This document shows, in pieces, positions 12,767 through 24,980 of a stretch of 64,000 nucleotides of DNA. Position numbers and translations under genes: made by a program. Under the pieces are notes generated by a model. The model made no database searches and was not told the origin of the DNA. It saw only the letters and a list, made by a program, of their open reading frames with translations. Numbering within the stretch: the first letter of the stretch is position 1; the number at the start of each line of letters is the position of its first letter. The DNA comes from Takakia lepidozioides (lineage: Eukaryota > Plantae > Bryophyta): positions 26,536,001 to 26,600,000 of the forward strand of contig CM060734.1 of NCBI GenBank assembly GCA_030704615.1, in the 5' to 3' direction.

Positions 12767-13774
12767 CGTGGTGGTGGATAGGTTCAGTAAAATGGGCCAT
12801 TTCATCCCCACCAAGGAGACGGCAACGGCGCAGGAGACAGAACACCCACGTCTTAAAGCATCATGGAGTCCCGAAGGATATTGTCTCGGACCGCGATCCA
12901 AAGTTTACGAGTAAATTTTGGAGGACACTTTGGAAGAAGATGGGGACGAGGCTGAAGATGAGCACCGCCTTCCGACCTACGACCGACGGCCAAACGGAAA
13001 GAGTGAATTCCGTAGTGAAGCAGATCTTGCGGAATTACGTGTCGGCAGACCAATCAGACTGGGTGGAACACTTAGACGCGGTAGAGTTCTGTTATAATAA
13101 CACAGAACACTCCGCAACGGGAGTTTCCCCTTTCGTATTGGTCTATGGAAAAGCACCTCTGGTGCCGACAAGTTGGGCCGCCCAGGACGTTGAGGAACCG
13201 GCAGTAGCGGCGGTACTGGAAGAACGCGAGCGTTTGTTGAAGCTCGCAAAGTACAACATTGCCAAAGCTAGGAAACGGTATGAAAGGCAGGCGAATCGGA
13301 AGCGGAGGGAAGTGAAGTTTGAGGCAGGCACGGAGGTCTGGTTGAATATCAAGAATTTCCGACCACCTCTGGAAGTGAGTTCAAAGTTCGTACCTCCGTA
13401 TGCGGGACCCTTTCGCATCCGGAAGGTTATGAATGAGGATGTGTATGAATTGGAGCTGCCGGCAAAAGAGCAAGGTGCATCCAGTGTTCCACGTCTCCCT
13501 TTTGAAGCCTTACTTCAAAGATGAAGCGCGTCCGAATCGGCATCAAGTGTTGCGTCCGCCACCTGTGCTATTGGATCATGAAAATGAACCTGAGTACGAG
13601 GTGGAGGCAGTACTTAAGTCGAGGAGGTTCAAGAACCGAGAAACAGAGTATCTCGTCAAATGGAAGGGCTATCATCATGTGGAGGCATCTTGGGTGCGTG
13701 CCTCAGAAATGGGAAACGCATCCGAGGCGGTTGCAGTTTTCGAAGGGCGACCTCAAAAGCGGAAGAAGCGTTGA
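12767..13774 (+). pseudogene. Integrase core, GPY/F region and C-terminal chromodomain
   Basis: VVVDRFSKMGHF, IVSDRD, DGQTERVN, YAGPF, HPVFHVSLLKPY, EYEVEAVL..YLVKWKGY..EASW. Confidence 0.95.
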
Positions 13775-13790
13775 TGGGGACATCAACCTT

Positions 13791-13807
13791 GGAGCGTGGG
13801 GGAGGAA
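13791..13807 (+). promoter_or_regulatory. Polypurine tract of the chromovirus; the 3' LTR is replaced by other sequence
   Basis: ggagcgtgggggaggaa just after the pol stop; downstream sequence does not match 9200-9783. Confidence 0.7.
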
Positions 13808-14939
13808 ATGCATGCTTAGCCCGGCTTAGCTAGCTCAGGAATCCGATTGCAAAAACTTGTATTGTACAAAAATTTGTTATAAAGGAAATGGGTTCCAAAT
13901 GTTGTGCGTCCTATTTTGTTTGGAATGGTGATGCATGGTGTGGTTGGCTAGTGTGTAGAATGCATGCTAGCTTACAAAAGTGGGAGAGGTAAATTGGGTT
14001 AATCGTGTGTTTGCGCAGTGCCGAAATCCGGTGACTCCCATCCAAGGGGCAATGAAACATGCGCCTTCTTTGGGAGTTCACGTGCTAGTGCGCACCTGGC
14101 GCGTGCGCGTACTATAACTGCACTACCGAGGTGGTTGCCTTGTAGTGCAGGCTAACGCGAAAGCTACGTGCTTCCGTTCCGATCATCTGCAGCAGCTAAA
14201 CAACATTCCCAAGACAATTTCGGAACTAAATCTACGTCAGCCTTCCTCCAAAGTTCGGATTTTAAGCGATTCCGATTAATTTGAGTGAACCTCGCTTTTG
14301 TATGTTTCTTCTTCCTGTGCATCTAGTCAGTTGCAATGCATCGTGGTCTGGCAGAGACATCAGATCTAGATGATCAGCTCCAAGCAGCTTGCAGCAAATG
14401 ATCATGATAGTCTAAAATTCTTGAACGTAGTCGATGTATGAAAAGACAAAACCTATTTTTAAGCTCAAAACGATCGATGTCAGTAGAACCACCCACGTCT
14501 TTTTAGTCCCATTGAATCAGTAGAGCTCTAAGAGAAAATTAAACTTAAATGATGGAATGCATAGATCTGGAATTCAATTCTTACAACGTGCACCTACTCT
14601 TCCCAATAAAGGGTCTTACAAAGAGAGGAGCTGGCAAATTAAAAGAGCCTTCATCCCCATTTTAACACTAAATTATAAACAAATGTATCTGAAGCCCGGT
14701 TCCATGCAGATCATTTTGAGCACTAGCAATAACTTAACAGAATGTTCAATCAAGGGCAAACAAATGAGCTCATGATCCAGTTGGGGCCAGTTAAGTAGTG
14801 GATCAAAGCCCAGAAGACAGTCCCAAGTTTTTCAAAGAGCTGTTATTTTTAGCAAGACCTGGTTCGTGCTAATTCATGCTGATTCAGGATTTGATCTAGA
14901 GGAAATGTCAGCAAATTCGCTTGCAGGGATAACTCAGGC

Positions 14940-17328
14940 GAGCTTCTCTTACGTCTGAGAGAAACTTTGTTCCTCGACTCTGAGTTCGCCCAATGTTCGT
15001 AACCACATCAACGCACTGAGGATGGGGCCAGGGAGCAGAGGTTATGTGGATAACATCCTGGAATTGAAGCGTAGAAACAGGTACAACTTTATTCAGGATA
15101 ATGTCTTTCCTGGCCAGGGGTCAATGAAAGTGTACTTATTCAAGATGTCCACAGTTGGGGAGGGAAGTGGAGTTAGCCTGGTCCGCAGAATGCAGCCTGG
15201 TGGCGATCTCCAAAAATCGTGGCTCATGTTTGATCACGTGAAACGTGTGAAGGACTGGACAACCATGGCTGCTCATGTGTAAGATCATTCTTTCCAAAGA
15301 GTTATGACGGTTGCAGTCTGCGACATGCAATCCAAAGACACTAAGTCTGAAATTCTGATGTGGAAGTCCCTTGTGAAGGTCATGAGAAACAATGGTGTCC
15401 CAAATCCGAACTTCTATGGATTCATGGTCGACAGCGCGCAGGCAAATTGGAATTGGATCAGGTGATCCGAAAATACCCATGTTAGGCAGGGAGCGAACTT
15501 GCCTTTTCCATTGGATGCAATCCCTTCGAATGCATACGAAGAGTTGCATAAAACCAGAATTGCAGGAGGAACACATGAGACTTTGTCGTTTGTATAAAGA
15601 TGCAACAACCAAGCATGAAGCAAACTCCTTATACCAGACTATCCGGGCATGGTGGTACTCCTCCGACGCAGCAAGTCAGGATGGTCTCAAAGAGCTTGAC
15701 GACTGGATGGGTTTCTGGCACTTCAGATACAAACAGTGGGGGGGGTTCATGACAAGAGTAAGCTCCCTTCCATACTTCCTAGAATTTCACGTGTTCATTT
15801 GTCACCATTAACCTCTGATGCCATCTCTTTGTTCAATGCAATTGCCCTTGGAAGTAGAATAATGAGTGGGCGAGGTCATTGTATGCAGAATATGTCTCTG
15901 GAGGAGTGTGCGGATATGCCGTCCTGTAATCCATCCGAAACTGTGCACAATATGTGGAATGCGCAATCCGGCAAGAATGGTCGGGACCTGTATGTTGCCA
16001 CTTCGGATGACATGGTCCGTGCGCTCTCGCAACAGACACGGTACCGGGACTTTCTTCGAGGACAGGGTGCTGGTAAGGGGCTAGACAGGGCGGAGTTGCA
16101 GCTGAGGGCTACAAACAGATGCAAGGATCCTGCTAAGATGGCCAGGGCTGTTAACGAATGCACAATGGGAAAACCTTTACAGTCAAGACTTCCTCATCTG
16201 GAAGGTGAGGAAAGATTTGGTTCATGCAAGTGCAAACTGGACACTCCTCCGGGGTCGGACGGCGATTCACATCAGCACGATAGGGATAACTTTTCGGTAC
16301 CTCGTGTGTCGGTGCCTCCCACTTTCGTGCACGCCACATCCTTTGTGGGTGAATCTTCTTCAGCAGAGTTCACTCCGCGCTCAACAACTGTAGGGGAAGA
16401 AGGGGAAAACATGCTACCCATCCAGGAGTGTGACTGTGCAGATGCAATGTGGCACATAGAACGGACTCCGCAAGGCTCAAAGTGAAATGTTCCACTATCA
16501 GGGCAACGCCGTTTGTGAAGTGTACATCTATGATTTGTAGGGCCCCTGCCGGGACTCCAGCCCCGACTTTCACAGGGTTGTTCAAGCATTATAGTGCGCG
16601 AGAGGCCAGGCCTCACAAGTTCTGGTTTTGTCCTAATGACATGAAACGTTGCATGATGGGGGCTGTCCGTGAGTCGGTGATAAGCAAACCTCAAATCCCA
16701 GTCGTTTGGCTAGTGAAGATGGGGACTCCACTCTCTAAACAAGAAATTGACATGATGGAGGATGCAAGATTTCAGCTCCCGAGAGGACCAACTATCATAA
16801 CGGCCAATTAAAAACTGGATGACAGGTGAACGCCTCATTGGCGCTAGTATGTTCAGTGTACCATCGCGGGTTTTCCCTTCCCCATTTCCTACGCACCCTC
16901 CACATGGCAACGACTGGCCTACGAAAAGAAATGGAAAAGTGGTCCGACGGGTTGAGGCAGGTGCAGAGCATGAGTGCAAGGTTGAGTCAGCGAAAACCCT
17001 GCAGTGTCGGGTCACCCATGTTGTCGATGTCCCCCCACCAGGCTATGGGCGGGTGTATACTATGGTGACATCGGGATCTGTTCTTCACGACAGGGTGTAC
17101 GAGGTAACTGTTTCCAATTTTCCAGATTGCACTTGCCCAGACTTCAACAACACAATCTCGAGTTCTCTAGGAAAGAGAGGCAAATTTGTGTCGTGCAAAC
17201 ATTTGTACTACATGTACATTCAAATGATGTTTTGTGATCCTAAACAAGACACATACATTCACCAATGTACGATAGGGCCTGCTGATGTTTTGACACTACT
17301 TGAGCGAGATAGTACTGCACGAGTTTGA
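14940..17328 (+). pseudogene. MULE-like DDE transposase with C-terminal SWIM zinc finger (element extent roughly 13810-17980)
   Basis: FDHVKRVKDWTTM, GFMVDSAQANWN..CLFHW, CNPSETVHN, and SWIM CTCPDF...CKH; several stops and frameshifts. Confidence 0.8.
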
Positions 17329-20300
17329 GCTGTTATCGGGCTTGACATTGCAAAGCCTGAGCTGTTTTTGTGTCATGTTGTGTGACACGTGACTAATTAG
17401 TCGCCTCTACATGGAAAAGGCTTCATGTTGATCGACGGCAACACTTTCTTGAATGAGAAGCCATCTCCTAACCCACGTCATGACCGATTCAATGGCAATG
17501 CTTTCTTGAATTACTTCAATCTTACATGGACCTTCTGTAATGGCATTGTTTCTATGACATGTATACTGTATCGAACCCAAACTACGTGAGGCAAAATCAG
17601 TACTACTTCAGACTAGTGGATGGCACACTTCATTCAACATCGTTCATGTTCTTTCACCATAAATCTGATTGCTGTCATCCATGGTTCATTCATCCATCTT
17701 TTGTCACATTCATCCTACATTCATCCATTCCATATAGCCATTCATCCTTAAGAATTTCGTCGCACGCTACTCTCAAATTTTCATGCATGGAACTCAACGT
17801 CTTAGGTATGTTGCCCTCCGTTCCACTCAACATTGCCCCCACGACAATAGGTCATGTTTTTCCCACGGCTATAGGCTCCGCTTCCCTTCTATGCTCACGC
17901 TTAAGAAATGTGCTCACGCTTAACGAAGTCTGCTCACGCTTAGTTTGCTAAGCGTGAATGCGCTCACGCGCTAGCTTCCCTCGTTGCAGGTGTAGCACAT
18001 TGCACTATGAGTGGATTGTTTCGGAGGGGAATAAATGTTACGGTACTGTTGGCTGAATAGTACGTCGAGCATGTCACTCAGGGGTCTGTGATAGGGCCCG
18101 TTTTACTGGAGTCCTGAAGTTGAAGCTCAAACGCTCCTGAGTCCCTCCGTCTCTGTGCTCGGGTTGATTTTTCTTGGTTGCCGATTTTTCCTGGCATGCT
18201 CTCGGCTGTTATAATACCATGACTAGGTTCGAATACAACAAGTTCTATTGCAGAGTTTCCTCACACTTGAGCATATGTGCGGAGCTGCCCAGCTGGTTTT
18301 CTTGCAGTATATACCTAGTCCGAGACATCTACTTTGCTACTAATATGCTAGAGCTGCATCGCAAGGATTACTAAGGCTGTAAGATGATCGGTACGTGTTG
18401 CTTATGAAACAAAGGCTTGTAAAGTTGGACCAAAGCCTGGCTTAGCCGAGACTTGGTAGTCTATCTATGCAGCAGCTTGGAAATGATTATTCTATCGCGA
18501 CAGAAATCGAGGAGCCTACTGCTTTAATTTTTCAGACTAAGATCAGGTCTTGATCAGTGGCCGGCCGTGGCAGAGAAAGCGGCAAAATTGGGCAAGAAGA
18601 TGAGCTGCCACGATTATCCCTGCGTATGGAAGAGGAGGTCATTTTGAAAACATTGCCACTGATCCAAGCTGGGGCAGAAGCTGGAAATTTTGAAGCGATT
18701 GGGCACCGGCTTGGTTTGGGAAACAAAGACATGGGTGTGGCTTGAGGAAACGGCCTTGGGGCAGAGTTCTACCATCGAGTTTTACAGCCCCAAGAATGTT
18801 ATCGTTTTGCCCATCATATTCTACTGATCGGGGTTTTCAGACTTCTCTCTAAAACTAAGCTGTTTTGCTTCAAGCTCTTATGACGTTTGTCACCATGGTT
18901 CTCATCTTCAAAAGTTCTTGAACAATGAATAGTGTAGGGGCTCTTCTTTTGCTGGAGAGAGCACAAGTGATACCTTCAGCAGGGCTCATGCACACAAGCG
19001 GCCGCCAACAATGACCAACTAGGAGGTAAAGGCAGAGGGAAACTTAATGACAGCAAACAATGTCACACGAGAAAGGCCCTTAGAGTTTTCACACTGAGAT
19101 GGTATCAAGGGAGTGGGAACTTGACACTGCCGACTACCCCGGGGACAATTTCTAAATCTGGGCTGCACTGCGGAGAATGCAAAGTTGGATTAAATGAGGT
19201 TGGTGTTGATACCATCATATACAGGTATTGATGAGCTGAAAGGAGACTTGTAGGCTTGTACTACACTCGCATATGAGCGGAAGGCATGCACAAAGCTCCT
19301 CGCGATCGCAATCACTTTTTGTGCTGCTGCAATGCTTATTGAACGGCTGTCATTTCCCCTGCCAAATATTCCTTTGTAAGGATGCTGAAGACCGTGGTTT
19401 GCATCTCCACTTGTAACTCCTCAGTTTTGTACTACGGGGCCGTGAAGGCAGGGCTACCACACTCAATGCAGGGCTTCACCCAGAATGGTCTTGGTTGCAT
19501 TTCATGGCGACTGATCGCCTCATGATCGTGTTTCCAGGGCTTCGCGCAGCGCTCCCTGCTGCACATTGTTGCTGCTAATTATCTCTCAAGGGGGGAGCCT
19601 AGTCTGAAGTGCAGTGGCAGATTTTATGTCTGATTCTCCCCTTTGTTTCGGAACACAATGTAATGATGGTGGGAAATGGAGCTGTAGAGCAACCCTCATC
19701 GAGGTTAAGAGATGATTTAGGAGTGGAAGCGGTCTGCAAGATGGACCTGAGCAGTGTTGAAGTTCGTTTGAACATAGCCGAAGCTCGGATTCACCACGCA
19801 CGCGGCTAGGGATCTGTGAGAATTACATGAACGTGTTGGGAACCCGTAGATAATTTGGGAGCAATTTTTAATGGCGAGAACATTTTGGGTGTTAAAAAAC
19901 TAGGCTGGGGACACAGCCAAAGACAACTTCAAGGACTAAGGTGTTTAGTCACAAGGCAGTGCTGTACTGGAGCAAGGGAGGGGGAGCTGTACAGGTGCGT
20001 GCAATCAAGTGTCAACGCCAGTCTCAATTTGCATGAGACAGACGGGGATTCATACCATCCGAGCACTTTGTGTTGCTGGAGGGAGATGTAGTCCTTTGCA
20101 ACGAGGACACTCGCAACAATCTCTAAGCTTTTGAGCTTAGAGATCACCAACCTCTGCCTTTGTTCTCTTTGGTATTCAGTGAGCATGAGATATGGGAGTA
20201 TTGCTTTGTCTCTACTTGGCAAAGAGAGGAGCAGGGCTGGTAAGAGATGGCTACTCCAGCTTGGGATAAGGTTAGTGATAGGTTTCTAGACATAGATATA

Positions 20301-21111
20301 CCTCCTATACCTTACCATCTTGCAGAGCGAGGCACTTTGAGAGAAGTCTGGCAGTTGATAGCGTAGATTAGGATTAGATCTTGCTTGGTCGGGCCTCTAT
20401 TCTTCCCTTCCGTCTCTAGTTTACTATTTTCATTACTTTGTAGCTATAGTTGCCAAGGCCGACATAGGCGGAGGCTACATAGTTAGTCCGGGTTTTTGGG
20501 TTGGGGTATTCTGCAGGAGCAGCACTGCGGAGGGATTTTGGTGTGGGGGTGTTGCTGTTTTGATTTCTTGTGTTTGGATCCCCCCACACACCTGCATGCT
20601 TGACTGTGCGCCATGTTGGTTTTGTGTGGGCACTTGCTTTCATAGGGATTAGGCCGGATTTGATCACCGGTCAATCCTAGAGTATGCTGTCAGTGGTGAG
20701 GCTGAAGTGATGACCAACAAGATCACCAGTGTTTCTTCTATGTTGAGGTTGGATTGATGACCAGCAGACCATAGAAGTTCTTGCGGTGGATGCAAGTGTA
20801 GGTGCCCTTAGCCACTGGGATATGACCCTTAAGCCGCAACAGATGCCCACTCGTGTCACTGTTAGAGTTAGTTGTAGAGCCTTATAGTGTCATGTGGGGA
20901 AGGTGCGTGGGTTGTGAGTGTCATCACGGAGTTATCCAAGGATTCTGAGGGGACTGCGGCTACAAGCAGTAGCAGTGATAGTGGGTTCATGAGGCGAGGG
21001 GTTCGGTTCAAACCACCTTTACCTCTATCCTCAATTGGTGCAGAGTCTGACACAGACTCGGAGGCTTCATCAACAGGTGTGCAGTTGTCTTCGCCATTAT
21101 TGTGGGACAAC

Positions 21112-22344
21112 ATGGAGGAGATGTATAGAGCTACCAAGAGGCCTCGTAGGTACTCTGGAGCTGTGGGCACAATCAAGCTGGATGTATATATATATATATA
21201 TATATCTAGGAGTTCGACAGCTGGTGTGATTTGCAGCAGATGTGCAATCCACAATTGTTCACGCCATTCATGGTATAGAAGGGGCTATTTCAGCACCTTG
21301 AGGGGCCGCCCATGGATGACTACCATGAGTTTAGGCGGGGACATGAGGTGCAGATTGAGGAGTGGAGGATGTATTGGTCACTCAACTATGTCTCCATCAC
21401 TAGAGGCACTAGAGGGACAAGGGCAGCAAACACACCGGCAGCTTCCACTGCAAGCAGTAGTGGGACTAGTGGAACAGGAGTTGGGACTTCTACCCAAGCC
21501 CCTCCTACACCAGCACTAGCACCCGTGTCTGCCTTTGACCCTGTTGTGGAGTTCTTCGAGGAGTTGAGGAGAAACTACCAGGGAGTGCGGACAGAAAATC
21601 TGCGGAGTTTGCAAGACTTCCAGTGCAAGTCCAGTGAGAGCTTGTGAGAGGCCTACACTCGTATGAGGCGCTTGATAAGTGTGACCCAAGGGGTCAATGA
21701 AGCTTAGGCAGACCAGTTCTGGTATGGAATTTTGGACAAGGAGCTCAGGAGAAGGGTGCAGAATGCAACCCTGTTACAAGCAGCCCAACCTATCTTAGCA
21801 GATGTGTTTATGCTAACTGGGCGGATTGAGCTCAAAATGGTGGAGGAGCGTGTAGTGACCATTGGGTTTGGCAAAGACATGTCATGGGGTGTGTCTGCTA
21901 ACCAACAAACGCAGCACAATGTACCGCAACGTGGTCAAGGTTGCCCAACCCAAATTTCATGGAGCTTACAGAGGACCTCAGGTGCAGAGGCCAGTAGCTT
22001 CTTTTTGCAGACCAACAGCAACCAGGGGTGGTGTGTTGGATATGTGGAGGACCTCATGTCAAAAAGGATTGTCCAGATAAGGACAAGGGGCAGAGACAAG
22101 CTCAACCTCCGCAATTGCAATACAACCATTGTGGCAAGTATGGTCATGACATGGGTCATTGCTACGACCTTCATCCTGAGTTGCGTCCAGACCAACACCA
22201 AGGGAACAATGGTGGCCGGGGGCGAGGTGTTACAACCCTGAGGGGACGAGGTGGTCAGGCACAAGGTGCAAGAAGAGGGCAAGCACAGCATGGCCAAGGA
22301 CGTGGAGGTCAGGGCGTTGACCAAGGCATGGCCAACCGGCTTCA
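21112..22344 (+). pseudogene. LTR-retrotransposon gag remnant with two zinc knuckles, truncated by a CACTA end
   Basis: EFFEELRRNYQG..LQDFQCKSSESL*EAYTRMRRLI..FWYGILDKELRRRV; CWICGGPHVKKDC; HCGKYGHDMGHC; RG-rich tail; (TA)n expansion at ~21185-21205. Confidence 0.8.
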
Positions 22345-24439
22345 CACTACAGGAAAAGGGGGGGGGGGGATAGTGACGTCGCGGCAATGGCACAGCCACG
22401 CCGCGGCGTCACTAAATGACGCTTTTGAGGCAGGGGTTGCAGGCGCCCTTGTGCGACGCCCGGGCGTGGCACGACCGTCCCCCTGGCGTCACTAATCGGA
22501 CATCGCATAAATGCGACAGATGGGGTTGCAAGCCGCTACCCCCCTCCAGTGACACCCCGTCATCGCTTCTTGGCCATCCAGGGCGCTGGCGGGGGCCTCC
22601 TTCTAGCCCGGGCCATCGCTACCATCCCGGCGACGGCGTTGGTTAGGGCGACGGCTTGGCGTGGTAACCAATTTTTTTTTCTCTATGCCCGGACTAAAAA
22701 AATACCATGTGGCGGAGGGGGGTGTTAGGCTCAGCCACCCAGCGTGGCGTTGCTGCCAGACACGCCCGACGTCGCATGGGGAGACCCCGTCGCCACAGTG
22801 CAGTCGCCCAGTACGACGTCGGGGGCGGGTTACTTGCGACGCCGGGGGGGGCTCGGTGCCTTTTTTTACAAAAAACAAACAGGTGGGGGAGGCCTTGTGT
22901 TGGCCTCAGGGATGCCGAGGTGTTGCAGCTAGCCACCCCTGGACGTCGCACAGAGAAAAAACCCATCGCACCGGGGGGGGGGGGGGGGGTTTGGGGGTTC
23001 ATTTTGGGGGGTAAATTGGGGGTGATTTAGGGTTTTCCCTGGTTTCTTTCTTGGGTGTTGGAAGACATTAGAGCTTCCATTGCTCTGATTTAACAGGTAC
23101 TCAATTTTTTTTATTGCATTGGTTCAAGCAAGCATGAATCGAGGGTGAGGCCGGTGCGACACATGAATAAGATGGAAGATGGAAATATATGTACAAATGG
23201 AAATATACTTACAAACAATGAGCTGAATGCTTTGCTCACAAGGGTTTAGTAGACTGACCCTGGGACCTACACGGACTAGGACTACTCATCCTCATCCTCA
23301 TCCTCATTGTCAGAGGAGTCATAGCTATCCGATGAGCCTGATGACTCCACGCCCTTTGCCTGAGCACGTAAACCAGGCGGCGTTCCCCTAACTCCCACAG
23401 AACTCTCATCCAATCCCTGGCCATGACCCCCCCCCCCCCCCCCCAGCCAAACTAGTGTCCTGTAGTGCACTCATCCCCTCCGTCTTGGCCATGTTGGTCA
23501 TGAGGGATTGCCAACCATGCTCCTTGGCGTAGTCGTACTCTACCGGAGATGGCAACCTCTCAAACGTGGTTTCCTATACATGCCACAAATTAAAGTCAGT
23601 TTCTCACGATGATGGAGCCAGAAAGAAGACATAACAAAATACATAGGGAAGTATGACTTACAAATCGGAGGATAAAACCCCTCGATCCGCCGGGGCCCCA
23701 CTTGTGGTGGATTCGTGCTTCTCAAGGCGGATTGTTGTTGTTTTGCGTGCCCTCTGAAATTTATCCTTGTTTGCCGCATCGTTCTCTCCCGCAATGAGCT
23801 CATCCCACGATACCTATGCACCCCCCCCCCCCCCACAATTAGTGAATTACACACATACGTTGCATCGAATCCACCTCATTAATGCACATCACAACAAGCA
23901 TTCGTGTCTTTTACGACTAGGGAAACAACTCATTTTGAGTCGAAAATGACATAAAACAGGGAATCGACTCAAGTAGTAAACGACTAGTTACAACAGACAT
24001 GGAAGTTGTATCGAACATCCAATGATTGAAGTGGTAAAGGCCGCAGATGCTTGAACGACTGTGAAACTTTAATTCCCATTATTGCTGGAGAACCACGTGT
24101 CGTAACCAGGCCAGCCGCCCGTGTGTCTGACTTTTTGGGCTGACTTTGACTTTTCCCTCCGCATGAGGGGAATGACTTAGCGGACCGCGGCGACACATGG
24201 ACGCAGACGTGGACAACAACGTGGCAGCGCCGCGACGAGCAGCACTGCTAGCACGTGGCCACGGGCCCGGGGCGCCACGTGGTAGTCGACCACATAACTT
24301 GCAGTGCTACATGCCCAGTGGCAACTACGACTACGGAAGTCGGAGCAACCATTGCTTTACTACTTTAAATGAAGTGCTCGAAATTACTTGAACAATCATT
24401 CATAGCGGTTCATGCATTGAAGTTTTGGTGTTTGTAGTG
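22345..24439 (-). mobile_element. CACTA element fragment (left terminus clear, right end uncertain)
   Basis: CACTACAGGAAAA at 22345, dense gcgacg/cgtcgc subterminal repeats to ~22950, acidic minus-strand ORF remnant ~23240-23560. A candidate TTTGTAGTG end at 24439 has no matching TSD. Confidence 0.7.
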
Positions 24440-24588
24440 AGCTGACTAGTACATATGCATGTAATGCGATACAAAAGAACTAATCATGCATTAGAAATGC
24501 GAAAACAATGAAAGATATGCCATGAAACAAAATGAAATGAAATGAAACAAAATGGTACTTTATTACATCTACGGAAAGCTCCAAGAGC

Positions 24589-24980
24589 TTATGGGACAAA
24601 ATGAAAAAACCAAAGTAAAAAGGCAGCCCAAAAGCTACTACTGCTCTGGGGATTGCCTAAGAGCCAAGGCCTCATGCAAGTAAGCTGCCAAGCTGTTGTG
24701 ATCCTCATATGCAAGACTTCAGTGACAGATTGAGTTCCACGGAATAGACCATCTACCCATGGAGGTTTCTTGTAGCCATTGATCCATAGGGAATCATAGG
24801 TAATTTTGTGCTTGAAATCTGGCCCTCTAGGATGAATCTGGACCCACACTCTATCCCTGCTCCTTCAACTATCCATACCTCTGCACAAATCATGCATTCA
24901 TCCTTGCCTTGCTGCTAGGAGCTGACAATGACAGCCTAGATTTGTTGTAGGAAACACCCATCTCAACTTATCACACTAGT
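24589..24980 (-). pseudogene. Terminal PDF-motif exon plus upstream intron of the OSB-PDF/PPR gene family
   Basis: ccag|IHPRGPDFKHKITYDSLWINGYKKPPWV from 24837. 24860-24980 is homologous (inverted) to 32933-33060. Confidence 0.8.

Larger units (their letters stand above)
9200..13807 (+). mobile_element. Ty3/Gypsy chromovirus, defective (5'-truncated 5' LTR, gag deletion, internal inversion, 3' LTR missing)
   Basis: LTR ending CA at 9783, PBS, gag, protease (LVDIGASHSF..DLILGM), RT, RNase H, integrase, chromodomain, PPT. Confidence 0.95.

Noticed and set aside
18000-20270. Possible decayed host gene (LRR-like RLVISKLKSLEI)
   Set aside because: No continuous frame or recognisable motif set; left unassigned.
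23459-24439. CCTGTAGTG (23467) or TTTGTAGTG (24439) as the right end of the 22345 CACTA
   Set aside because: Neither is followed by the TCA needed for a TSD, and neither has dense adjacent subterminal repeats; the end is unresolved.
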